This document shows, in pieces, positions 8,602 through 16,471 of a stretch of 64,000 nucleotides of DNA. The position numbers were made by a program, and so were the translations under genes. The notes beneath the pieces were generated by a model that made no database searches, was not told the origin of the DNA, and worked only from the letters and a program-made list of their open reading frames with translations. The first letter of the stretch is position 1. Each line of letters opens with the position of its first letter. Origin of the DNA: Dehalococcoidia bacterium (GTDB lineage: Bacteria > Chloroflexota > Dehalococcoidia > Lucifugimonadales > UBA3495); assembly GCA_965243255.1 (NCBI GenBank), contig CBDEUH010000004.1:1598979-1662978 (forward strand), written 5' to 3'.

Positions 8602-9507
8602 ATGCCCATTGAAAAGCTATCCCCCGCCCTGGACGCCATCATCGACGGCGACGCGCCCATCGAGGAACACGGTTCCGGGTACGGCGGCGCAGAAGGCCCG
8701 GCGGAAGGGCCCCTGTGGTGGAGCGACGGCGGCTACCTGCTGTTCAGCGACATCCACAACAACCGCCGGATGCGCTACACCCCCGGCAGCGGCGTCACAG
8801 TGGAGGCCGAGCCGGTCAACCGCCACAACGGCCTGACCCGCGACCTGCAAGGTCGGCTCATCGCCGCCGAGCACGACGGCCGCCGCGTCAGCCGCCTGGA
8901 GCACGACGGCTCCACCACCGTCCTGGCCAACCAGTTCCAGGGTCGCCAGCTCAACCGTCCCAACGACGTGGTGGTCAAGTCCGACGGCAGCATCTACTTC
9001 ACCGACCCCTGGACTTTCCGCCGCCCCCGGGAGCAGTGGGAGCAGACCATCTCCGGCGTCTTCCGCCTCTCCGCCGATCTGGGCACCCTGACCCTGCTGG
9101 TGGGCGATTTCGTCGTCCCCAACGGCCTGGCTTTCTCTCCCGACGAGAGCATTCTCTACATTAACGACTCGCGCAAGGGCATCATCCGCGCCTTTGACGT
9201 GCAGGACGACGGCAGCCTGTCCCTGGCCTCCGACCGCCTCTTTGCCGACATGCGAGGCGACCGCGAGGGCGTGCCCGACGGCATGAAGGTGGACGTTGAG
9301 GGCAACGTCTATTGCGGCGGAGAGGGCGGCCTGCACATCCTCAACGCCGGCGGCGAACGGCTGGGCATCGTGGTGCACGGCCAGTCCGCCACCACCAACC
9401 TCTGCTTCGGCGGCGCCGACTGGAAGACGATGTACTTCACCAGCCGCAACACCGTCGGCAGCTTTCCCGTAAAAATCGCCGGCATCCCCGTGCCGGCGTC
9501 CCGCTAA
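8602..9507 (+). CDS. SMP-30/gluconolactonase/LRE family protein
   Basis: EGPLWW...LLFSDI, NRPNDVVV..DGSIYFTDP and PDGMKVD..GNVY are typical six-bladed propeller lactonase motifs. AGGAGG RBS. Confidence 0.85.
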   Translation: MPIEKLSPALDAIIDGDAPIEEHGSGYGGAEGPAEGPLWWSDGGYLLFSDIHNNRRMRYTPGSGVTVEAEPVNRHNGLTRDLQGRLIAAEHDGRRVSRLEHDGSTTVLANQFQGRQLNRPNDVVVKSDGSIYFTDPWTFRRPREQWEQTISGVFRLSADLGTLTLLVGDFVVPNGLAFSPDESILYINDSRKGIIRAFDVQDDGSLSLASDRLFADMRGDREGVPDGMKVDVEGNVYCGGEGGLHILNAGGERLGIVVHGQSATTNLCFGGADWKTMYFTSRNTVGSFPVKIAGIPVPASR

Positions 9508-9558
9508 CACCCCTCACCCACCAGGGAGAGGGGACAACCGACAACAGGAGGTAACATC

Positions 9559-9933
9559 ATGCGCGTAGTACGCATCGCCAACGTCGAACACGTACCCCTG
9601 GGCCCCGCCGAGCCGGTTCCCGGCTGGACCGGCGGCGAAGTCCACCGCACCCGCCAGCCCATCATCCCGGAGGGCGAAAGCGACTTCTTCAACGCCAGCG
9701 TCGTCAACTTCCAGACGGGAGCGCAGACCGGCTGGCATCGCCACAGCAGCGACCAGATTCTGGTCATCACCGTGGGCAACGGCATCGTCGCCACCGAGAC
9801 CGAGGAGCATCACGTGGGCGTCGGCGACGTGGTGCAGGTCAAGGCCGGTGAGAATCACTGGCACGGCGCCACCGCCAACGGCTACATGGGCCACATCACC
9901 ATCACCACCAGCGACAGCACCGCCAGCCGGTAG
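9559..9933 (+). CDS. Cupin domain protein
   Basis: GWHRHSSDQILVITVG...GDVVQVKAGENHWHGA cupin motifs 1 and 2. AGGAGG RBS. Confidence 0.8.
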   Translation: MRVVRIANVEHVPLGPAEPVPGWTGGEVHRTRQPIIPEGESDFFNASVVNFQTGAQTGWHRHSSDQILVITVGNGIVATETEEHHVGVGDVVQVKAGENHWHGATANGYMGHITITTSDSTASR

Positions 9934-9940
9934 CGCCGAC

Positions 9941-9998
9941 GTAGGGGCGGATACCCGTCATTCCCGCGCAGGCGGGAATCCACGTCCCCCGCCCCTAC
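9941..9998. repeat. Nested palindromic REP-like element: outer GTAGGGGCGG/CCGCCCCTAC, inner ATTCCCGC-N4-GCGGGAAT
   Basis: Intergenic. The inner palindrome recurs at 44503-44522 and 49637-49656. The outer GTAGGGGCG/CGCCCCTAC arms recur at 15833-15860 and 34817-34841. Confidence 0.7.
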
Positions 9999-10014
9999 GC
10001 ACGAGGATGCAACC

Positions 10015-10437
10015 ATGGACCTGATTGACGAAATCCTGGACAACGTGAAGACCATCGCCGTGGTCGGCCTCTCCGACAACCCGGCCCGGGACAGCCACGG
10101 AGTCTCCGCCTATATGCAGTCCCAGGGCTACCGCATCATTCCGGTGAACCCGGCCCTGAACGGCGCGACGGTACTGGGCGAGCAGTCCTATGACGACCTG
10201 CAATCCGCCTGCGCTGCCGCCGGCGAGCAGGGCGTCGCCATCGACTTGGTGGACGTTTTCCGCCGCAGCGAGTTCGCCGGCGCGGTCACCGACGACGCCA
10301 TCGCCATCGGCGCCCGTTACGTCTGGATGCAGGACGGGGTAGTTGACCAGCCGGCAGCCCAGCGAGCGCAGACCGCCGGCCTGGGCGTCATCATGGACGA
10401 CTGCATCCTGCGCCAACACAAGCGGCGGCGCTCCTGA
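10015..10437 (+). CDS. CoA-binding domain protein (YccU-like)
   Basis: IAVVGLSDNPARDSHGVSAYMQSQGYRIIPVNP is typical of the CoA_binding_2 family. Confidence 0.8.
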   Translation: MDLIDEILDNVKTIAVVGLSDNPARDSHGVSAYMQSQGYRIIPVNPALNGATVLGEQSYDDLQSACAAAGEQGVAIDLVDVFRRSEFAGAVTDDAIAIGARYVWMQDGVVDQPAAQRAQTAGLGVIMDDCILRQHKRRRS

Positions 10438-10566
10438 CCCCTATTCCCCCAGCAATCCCTGCGGCCTTGGACTCCGCCATAGCCGCAGCGGCAGCGGCGG
10501 CGTTTTCCCGGATTACTGAGGGCCTGACCCATCATCCGCGATGCCATTGAGCGGCAACACGATCGG

Positions 10567-11223
10567 ATGGCCGGCGCCGCGCGGCTCCACATCGTCGATT
10601 TCGGCAGCGGCGCCCTGGCAATGCAGTTCGGATTGACCCTGGCCGTGCTGGACGCGTCGGAACGCGGTTTCCGGGTTCCTGAAGTCGGCGTTTCCCTTTT
10701 TGAACCCAACGACGCGATGCTGCGCATGGGCCTGAATGTATGGCAACGGTTCCTGCGCATCATGCACTATGATGGCGATGCTGACATCCCCACGTTGACC
10801 TCTTCCGTCCAAATCGGGGCCACCATGATACGCTCCGCGCGAATCACCAAGACCTCCGACATCAGCCTCCCCACGGACTCCCACCGTTGGTTGGTTGCCA
10901 TGCACGCCTACTACGCCGACGACCGGGAAAACATCAAACGCGACCTGGAGGCAATTCACCGGGCAGCCAAGCCTGATCTCGGTTTTCTGACTTACCACTA
11001 CGCCAGCCTCGACGGTATTCGCTACGTGTCGCCTTTTGCCAAACCGGGCAGTCCGGGCCCAATACCGCCGCTCCCGTTGTCCGGCGAACTAACCGAGGTC
11101 AACTCCTGGCGCAGTTCTCTGTCCCGGGCTCTGGGGTACCACGACGAAACCCGGTTAACCCGGCCAACTGAATGGGACCCGGTTCGGGGGCGGAGAGATA
11201 ACCGAGCCATCCTCTACGCCTAG
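10567..11223 (+). CDS. Hypothetical protein, possibly an N-terminally truncated Rossmann/methyltransferase-like remnant
   Basis: A VDFGSG glycine-rich loop lies only 10 aa from the start. There is an in-frame stop 40 nt upstream and no clear RBS. Confidence 0.45.
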   Translation: MAGAARLHIVDFGSGALAMQFGLTLAVLDASERGFRVPEVGVSLFEPNDAMLRMGLNVWQRFLRIMHYDGDADIPTLTSSVQIGATMIRSARITKTSDISLPTDSHRWLVAMHAYYADDRENIKRDLEAIHRAAKPDLGFLTYHYASLDGIRYVSPFAKPGSPGPIPPLPLSGELTEVNSWRSSLSRALGYHDETRLTRPTEWDPVRGRRDNRAILYA

Positions 11224-11276
11224 TCCCCTCCATCCTCGCCATCCGCGTAAAGATAAAATCCCTGACCCTGAAGCGC

Positions 11277-11306
11277 TTGACAATTGCCCGAACATCAGTT
11301 CATAAT
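11277..11306 (+). promoter_or_regulatory. Near-consensus promoter TTGACA-18-CATAAT driving the structured RNA element (copy 1)
   Basis: The same hexamers and the same 18-nt spacing are conserved in copy 2 (46213-46242, minus strand). Confidence 0.55.
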
Positions 11307-11312
11307 GGCCTT

Positions 11313-11834
11313 GTGCACATCCAAACCTGCCCCGTGCTCGATACGGGGTCCATCCATCCACAGCCTGCCAACGAGGTCAACATCACAACGGTCGTCAACG
11401 GCCAAAAACAGTCAGCTAATCCTAAATCGCACGAACGGTGCGGCCACAGCTGCCATTGACGGAGAACCGACTACCGTCATAGACACTGGAAGTGGCAACG
11501 GTGCGGCCACAGCTGCCATTGGCGGAGAACCGACTACCGTCATAGACACTGGAAGTGGCACGGTGCGACCACAGCTGCCATTGACGGATAACAGATTGCC
11601 GTCACAAACACTGGAAGTGGAAGTGCGTAAGAACCCCCCGGCCGTGGGACTGGCGGCGACCAAAGTGAATTCCGGAAACCGACCTCAGGCAGGCTACAAC
11701 CCAACCACCAACCACCGGAGGCCAACCCCAAATCCCGAAAATCCTGATTCTGACAACCCACCGGAGGCCATCCCCAACGAAAACCGCTAATCCCGTCAAC
11801 CCCCATAACTGCTTGCCCCGTACTCCATACGGGG
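11313..11834 (+). ncRNA. Candidate novel structured RNA, copy 1 (approximate ends): 5' hairpin, long-range helix enclosing three tandem hairpin modules, C/A-rich tail, 3' hairpin
   Basis: Long-range helix 11390-11403 / 11640-11661. Modules start at 11436, 11499 and 11561. GGAAGUG occurs four times and CACCGGAGGCCA twice. Hairpins CCCCGT-N7-ACGGGG lie at 11330-11348 and 11816-11834. The overlapping 168-aa ORF reads identical repeat units in two different frames. Confidence 0.55.
11436..11620 (+). repeat. Tandem repeat of three units (63, 62 and 60 nt) inside the candidate RNA
   Basis: Unit: CGGTGCGGCCACAGCTGCCATTGACGG-N11-CCGTCATAGACACTGGAAGTGGCAA. Units 1 and 2 are nearly identical. Unit 3 has a different loop and a 1-nt deletion. 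Confidence 0.9.
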
Positions 11835-11881
11835 AGCGGAAATCCTGATTCCGACGACTGCTGCGCGCCAGGCTATTCTTC

Positions 11882-11910
11882 TTGACACGGCAACTCCCGG
11901 CGGGTACTAT
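11882..11910 (+). promoter_or_regulatory. Candidate second promoter TTGACA-17-TACTAT in front of the DUF1800 operon leader
   Basis: Hexamers and spacing read from the sequence. An analogous TTGACC-17-TTTACT lies at the equivalent position of copy 2. Confidence 0.45.
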
Positions 11911-12033
11911 TCGGGCATCAGCCCGGAACCGTCGTGCGGCTGTGCTGTCATGTGGCCGTTCGCTACGGTTTCCGCCGTCAACCGACCCGTTTCGTAACCG
12001 AAACCGTCATCGACACCGCAGGAGGTACTTCTT

Positions 12034-13440
12034 ATGCCCACCAACCAGGAAATTGCCCAGATGGCGCACCTGATGCGTCGGGCCGGCTTCGGCGCCACCT
12101 ACGCCGAGCTGGAACAGCGCGCCGCCAATGGCTACGAAGCCACTGTCGAAGAACTGCTCAACCCCACCGCCCAGCCCGACCTGGAGATGGACATCCTCGA
12201 GCGCCACTTCGTCGATTGGAAAGAGATGAACGCCCTGGAAGTTAACCAGGCCTATCTCACCTATCGGATGATCAACACCGAGCGCCCCTTGCAGGAGAAG
12301 ATGTCCCTCTTCTGGCACGGCATCCTCTGCACCGGCAACTCCAAGTGCGAGCACGGCCGGCAGATTCAGTTGCAGTTGGACATGTTCCGCGAGCTGGGCA
12401 TGGGCAACTTTGAAGCCCTGCTCAAGGGCCTGGCCCGCGACCCGGCCATGGTCTTCTACCTGGACAACTGCATGAGCCACAAGGGCGCCATCAATGAGAA
12501 CTGGGGCCGCGAGTTGCTGGAACTCTTCGCCATGGGCGTCGGCATGGACGGCCACGCCAACTACAGCGAGGACGACGTCAAGGAAGCCGCCCGCGCCTTC
12601 ACCGGGTGGACCATCACCAACGCCATCCCGCGTTACCCCTACGGCCGTTATGAGTCCGGCTTCATCTACAATCCCTACGACCACGACGAAGAGGACAAGA
12701 CCTTCCTCGGCGAGACGGGCAACTTCAACGGCGACGACATCGTTGAAATCATCTGCCGCCAGCCCTCCGCCGCACGGTTCGTTTCCCGCCACCTCTACAA
12801 CTTCTTCGTGGCCGACGAGGTGCAGGTGCCGGCCTGGCAGAACACGCCGCCGCGGGACCCCGAGGCCATCGCCCTGCTGGAGCAGACCTACTTCGACTCC
12901 GGGTACAACCTGACCGCCATGCTGCGCGTTCTGTTCAACTCCGACTTCTTCAAGAACGCCCGCTTCGAGAAGGTTAAGAGCCCCACCGAAGTGGTCATCG
13001 GAACCATGCGCCTGGTGCAGGACTTCACCACCCCCAAGCTGGGCCTGCAGCCCCTGGCCAACACCATCCGCTACATGGGTCAGGACCTGATGAACCCGCC
13101 CACCGTGGAAGGCTGGCACACCGGCGCCGAGTGGATTGACTCCGGCACCCTGGTGGAGCGCATCAACTTCGCCGCCGACCAGGTTGGCAACACCAGCCTG
13201 CCCGGCGTCCGCGATATCGTGTCCCGCCTGAACAACGAGCAGGTGACCAGCCCGGACGCCATCGTTGACCGCTGCCTGGAGTTGGTCGGCTCCTACGAAC
13301 TTTCGCCGGAAACCCGCGATCAACTGATTGCCTATACCAGCGGCAGCGGCACTCCCGCCCCCGGCACGCCGGAATACTCTGAGGCCATCGCCCAGACTCT
13401 CCAGCTCATCGTCAGCACGCAGGAGTACCAGTTCGCTTAG
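12034..13440 (+). CDS. DUF1800 family protein
   Basis: HLMRRAGFGATYAELE N-terminal signature and the size are typical of DUF1800. It is followed by its usual DUF1501 partner. AGGAGG RBS. Confidence 0.85.
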   Translation: MPTNQEIAQMAHLMRRAGFGATYAELEQRAANGYEATVEELLNPTAQPDLEMDILERHFVDWKEMNALEVNQAYLTYRMINTERPLQEKMSLFWHGILCTGNSKCEHGRQIQLQLDMFRELGMGNFEALLKGLARDPAMVFYLDNCMSHKGAINENWGRELLELFAMGVGMDGHANYSEDDVKEAARAFTGWTITNAIPRYPYGRYESGFIYNPYDHDEEDKTFLGETGNFNGDDIVEIICRQPSAARFVSRHLYNFFVADEVQVPAWQNTPPRDPEAIALLEQTYFDSGYNLTAMLRVLFNSDFFKNARFEKVKSPTEVVIGTMRLVQDFTTPKLGLQPLANTIRYMGQDLMNPPTVEGWHTGAEWIDSGTLVERINFAADQVGNTSLPGVRDIVSRLNNEQVTSPDAIVDRCLELVGSYELSPETRDQLIAYTSGSGTPAPGTPEYSEAIAQTLQLIVSTQEYQFA

Positions 13441-13520
13441 CCGATCTCGGAAAGCTACACCGGCAGGAACGCTGCGATCTTCGTTCCTGCCTTCTCCACC
13501 GATTCACAAGGAGAACCAAA

Positions 13521-14654
13521 ATGACTGCTACCAAGAAAGATCCGGTGCTGGTAGTCCTCCAGCTTTCCGGCGGCAACGACGCCCTGAACACCCTGGTGCC
13601 TCACGGCGATCCGCTCTATTACGACAATCGCCCCTCCGTGCGCGTACCGGAAGGCCAGGCGCTGGACCTCAACGGTTACGTCGGCCTCAACCCCAACATG
13701 GGCCCCATGAAGCGGCTCTACGATGAGGGCAAAATGGCCATCATCCAGGGCGTTGGCTATGCCAACCCCAACCGCAGCCACTTCCGCAGCATGGACATCT
13801 GGCACACCTGCGAGCCCGACAAGCAGGGCACCGAGGGCTGGCTGGGCCGCGCCATCCGGGAGATTGATCCCAACAAGGAAAACGTGCTGACCGGCGTGAA
13901 CTTCGGCCGCGGCCTGCCCCGGGCGTTGGCCGCTCCGGGCGTGCCCGTGGCGTCCGTCGGCAACCTGGCCACCTACGGCGTGCTCACCGGCATCGAGGCC
14001 GACGAGCAGCGCACCGAGGCCCTGGACATCTTCTCCAAGATGTACTCCCCCACCATCGGGCGCAGCTCCGTCGTGGACTACCTGTCCCAGACGGGCATGG
14101 ATGCGCTGAAAGGCGCCGACATTCTCAGCACCGCGCCCGAAATGTACAGCTCCTCCGTGGAGTACGGCGACGACGTGGTCGCCCAGTACATGAAGAACAT
14201 CGCCCAGGTGCACCTGGCCGGGTTCGGCACCCGCATCCTGTACACCACGGCGCCCTACAACAGCTTCGACACCCACGCCGGCGAGCTGGCGGCCCACGCC
14301 AAGCTCTGGCAGAACACCTCCAACGCGGTCGGCGACTTCATGGATGACCTGCGGGAACACGACGCCAGCGACAACGTAACCCTGCTGGTCTTCACCGAGT
14401 TCGGCCGCCGCGTCCACGACAACGGCTCCGGCACCGACCACGGCAGCGGCGGCGTTGCCTTCGTCATCGGTGAGAACGTGAAGGGCGGCCTGTACGGCGA
14501 GTACCCCTCCCTGGAAGAGGACAAGCTCCTGGAAGGCGACCTCCACTTCAACAACGACTTCCGCAGCATCTACACCGACCTGCTGGAGAACTGGATGGGG
14601 ATGGATGCCCAACCGCTGGTTAACGGCCAGTTCGAGAAGTTCAACTTCATCTAG
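13521..14654 (+). CDS. DUF1501 family protein (sulfatase/alkaline-phosphatase-like fold)
   Basis: LVVLQLSGGNDALNTLVP and TEFGRRVHDNGSGTDHG signatures. No Tat or Sec signal is visible. Confidence 0.85.
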   Translation: MTATKKDPVLVVLQLSGGNDALNTLVPHGDPLYYDNRPSVRVPEGQALDLNGYVGLNPNMGPMKRLYDEGKMAIIQGVGYANPNRSHFRSMDIWHTCEPDKQGTEGWLGRAIREIDPNKENVLTGVNFGRGLPRALAAPGVPVASVGNLATYGVLTGIEADEQRTEALDIFSKMYSPTIGRSSVVDYLSQTGMDALKGADILSTAPEMYSSSVEYGDDVVAQYMKNIAQVHLAGFGTRILYTTAPYNSFDTHAGELAAHAKLWQNTSNAVGDFMDDLREHDASDNVTLLVFTEFGRRVHDNGSGTDHGSGGVAFVIGENVKGGLYGEYPSLEEDKLLEGDLHFNNDFRSIYTDLLENWMGMDAQPLVNGQFEKFNFI

Positions 14655-14737
14655 CCCATGGCCAATACGGGGGGCGAGCTGCGGTTCGCCCCCGCCAACC
14701 TGTCCGCCTCGCCATCCGTGCCAACGGAGGAACCCTT

Positions 14738-15811
14738 ATGACCACTACCATTGAAAGCACGGCATTGCCGACCATCGGCATTTCCCTGCAATACACCCAC
14801 ACCATCGGCAGAGCCGAGTTCTCCGGGCCTGGCTTCCGCAATCCCACCGCCATGGCTCGCGCCGAAGACGACGTGATGTACGTCGCCAACCGCTCCTATG
14901 ACTACCGTCCCGACGGCAAGCGCATCACCATGTGCACCGTGGGCGAAGAGTTCATCAGCGAGTTCGCCAAGGGAGTCTTCGAGCAGGGCGACGGCGAACC
15001 GGTGGCCACCGACGGCGCCATCATCTGGCCCACCGCCATCACCGTGGGCCCCAATGGCAACGTCTATCTGGCCGACGAGTACCTGGACCGCATCAGCATC
15101 TACTCCCCGGAAGGCGAGTACCTCACCAAGTGGGAGCGCTCCGGTGACGGCGACGGCCAGTGGAACAAGCCCAGCGGTCTCGTCTTCGGCAAGGACGGCG
15201 TGCTGTACCTGGTGGACTGCAACAATCACCGGATTCAGATGCTCAGCGCCGACGGCGAATATATCGGTCAGTGGGGTGAGCTCGGTTCCGGTCCCGGACA
15301 GTTCAATATGCCCTTCGGCATTGAAACCGACGCGGCCGGCAACGTGTACGTCGCCGACTGGCGCAACGACCGCATCCAGAAGTTCACCGCCGACGGAAAG
15401 TTCCTGATGGCTTTCGGCGAGACCGGCGACGGCCCCGGCCAGTTCAACCGGCCCACCGACGTGGCCGTGGACAGGGACGGCGCCATCTATGTCGCCGACT
15501 GGAACAACGACCGGATGCAGGCTTTCCATCCTGACGGCTCCTTTGCCGGCATGACCTACGGCGAAGCCACCATCTCCCAGTGGGGCATCGGCAAGCTGGA
15601 AGCGAATCCCGAAATGTGGGAAGAGCGCAAGATTGCCCAGGGGCTGGACCGGGAAAAGCTGTTCTGGGGGCCCATTGCCGTCGAGTGCGATAACGAGGGG
15701 CGCATCTTCGTGGTTGAAACTGCCCGCTCGCGCATCCAGGTCTTCCAGAAGCAAACCCCGCTGTTCTACGGGGTCAACGAACGGGTTGCCGGTGGCGGCG
15801 GTCGCCTCTAG
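14738..15811 (+). CDS. NHL-repeat beta-propeller protein
   Basis: Repeated G(Q/P)GQFN.P.G(I/V)..D..GN(V/I)YVAD..N.RIQ(K/M)F units, about six times. Confidence 0.8.
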   Translation: MTTTIESTALPTIGISLQYTHTIGRAEFSGPGFRNPTAMARAEDDVMYVANRSYDYRPDGKRITMCTVGEEFISEFAKGVFEQGDGEPVATDGAIIWPTAITVGPNGNVYLADEYLDRISIYSPEGEYLTKWERSGDGDGQWNKPSGLVFGKDGVLYLVDCNNHRIQMLSADGEYIGQWGELGSGPGQFNMPFGIETDAAGNVYVADWRNDRIQKFTADGKFLMAFGETGDGPGQFNRPTDVAVDRDGAIYVADWNNDRMQAFHPDGSFAGMTYGEATISQWGIGKLEANPEMWEERKIAQGLDREKLFWGPIAVECDNEGRIFVVETARSRIQVFQKQTPLFYGVNERVAGGGGRL

Positions 15812-15832
15812 GCCCGTTGGCGTTCATCTCAG

Positions 15833-15860
15833 GTAGGGGCGGATTGTTATTCGCCCCTAC
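15833..15860 (+). terminator. Hairpin GTAGGGGCG-N10-CGCCCCTAC followed by TGTTTA, after the NHL gene
   Basis: Seen in sequence. It belongs to the same arm-sequence family as 9941-9998. Confidence 0.5.
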
Positions 15861-15959
15861 TGTTTATGACGCTGGGGAACACGCCCATTCCGCACAGCAT
15901 CAATGATTTTCACGGATGCTATACTGTACTAGGAAACTTGCCAAAGCGGACGGAACGAT

Positions 15960-16388
15960 TTGACTACTCAGGAACATCTGGTATCCCGGCTCAAGCCGCT
16001 GGGAATCCGCCTGACTCCTCAGCGCCTCGCCATTGCCGAGGTGGTGGTCAATTCCGCCGACCATCCCACGGTCCGCGAAATCTTTGAGAGGGTGAGGGAT
16101 TTCTTCCCCTACGTAACCTTGGCAACGGTTTACTCCACGTTGGGCCTGCTGGAGCAGGCTGGCATCGTTCGCGAGCTTCCTTTCCAGAAACTCTCTCGCT
16201 ACGACGCCAACCTGTCCCCTCACGCCAACCTCGTTTGCCTCGGCTGCGGCTCCATAGTGGACGCCGACGTGGGACAGGAACGGGTGGCCGAGCTGGAGCG
16301 CTCCATCAGCCAGACCAGCGAGTTCCGTATCTCATCCCAGCGGGTAGATTTCTACGGCTACTGCGACGGTTGCGCCAGAAACGCATGA
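15960..16388 (+). CDS. Fur family transcriptional regulator (Fur/Zur/PerR type)
   Basis: TPQRLAIAEVV winged-helix region, plus CLGCGSIVD and CDGC zinc-site cysteines. TTG start with a weak RBS. Confidence 0.8.
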   Translation: MTTQEHLVSRLKPLGIRLTPQRLAIAEVVVNSADHPTVREIFERVRDFFPYVTLATVYSTLGLLEQAGIVRELPFQKLSRYDANLSPHANLVCLGCGSIVDADVGQERVAELERSISQTSEFRISSQRVDFYGYCDGCARNA

Positions 16389-16471
16389 CCCGCTATCTCG
16401 TCAGCTAGTGTGAACCGCCGAGACCACCGGGTGCGCCGGCGCGGCGGGCGGCAACCAGTCACCCCCGGGGC

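Noticed and set aside
11436-11620. Tandem 63-nt repeats as a possible CRISPR array
   Set aside because: The units are directly contiguous with no unique spacers, there are only three of them, no cas genes are present, and the same array recurs (diverged) at the second locus.
11284-11790. 168-aa ORF (and its 92-aa counterpart at 45722..46000) that could be read as a repeat-containing Pro/Thr-rich protein or RiPP-like precursor
   Set aside because: Identical nucleotide repeat units are read in two different frames within copy 1. The homologous units in copy 2 contain TAA stops in that frame. There is no RBS, and conservation between the copies follows hairpins and motifs rather than codons.
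12007-15754. Long antisense ORFs (12007..13323, 13455..14612, 14651..15754; likewise 20742..22205, 53678..55285, 58064..60121, 62890..63999 and others)
   Set aside because: These are typical stop-poor shadow frames of GC-rich coding DNA. Their translations are low-complexity (G/A/V/H/R-rich), lack an RBS, and each is fully overlapped by a motif-supported gene on the other strand.
15902-15925. AATGATTTTCA upstream of the Fur-family gene, next to a TATACT -10, as an autoregulatory Fur box
   Set aside because: Only a partial resemblance to the 7-1-7 Fur consensus, with no clear dyad symmetry.
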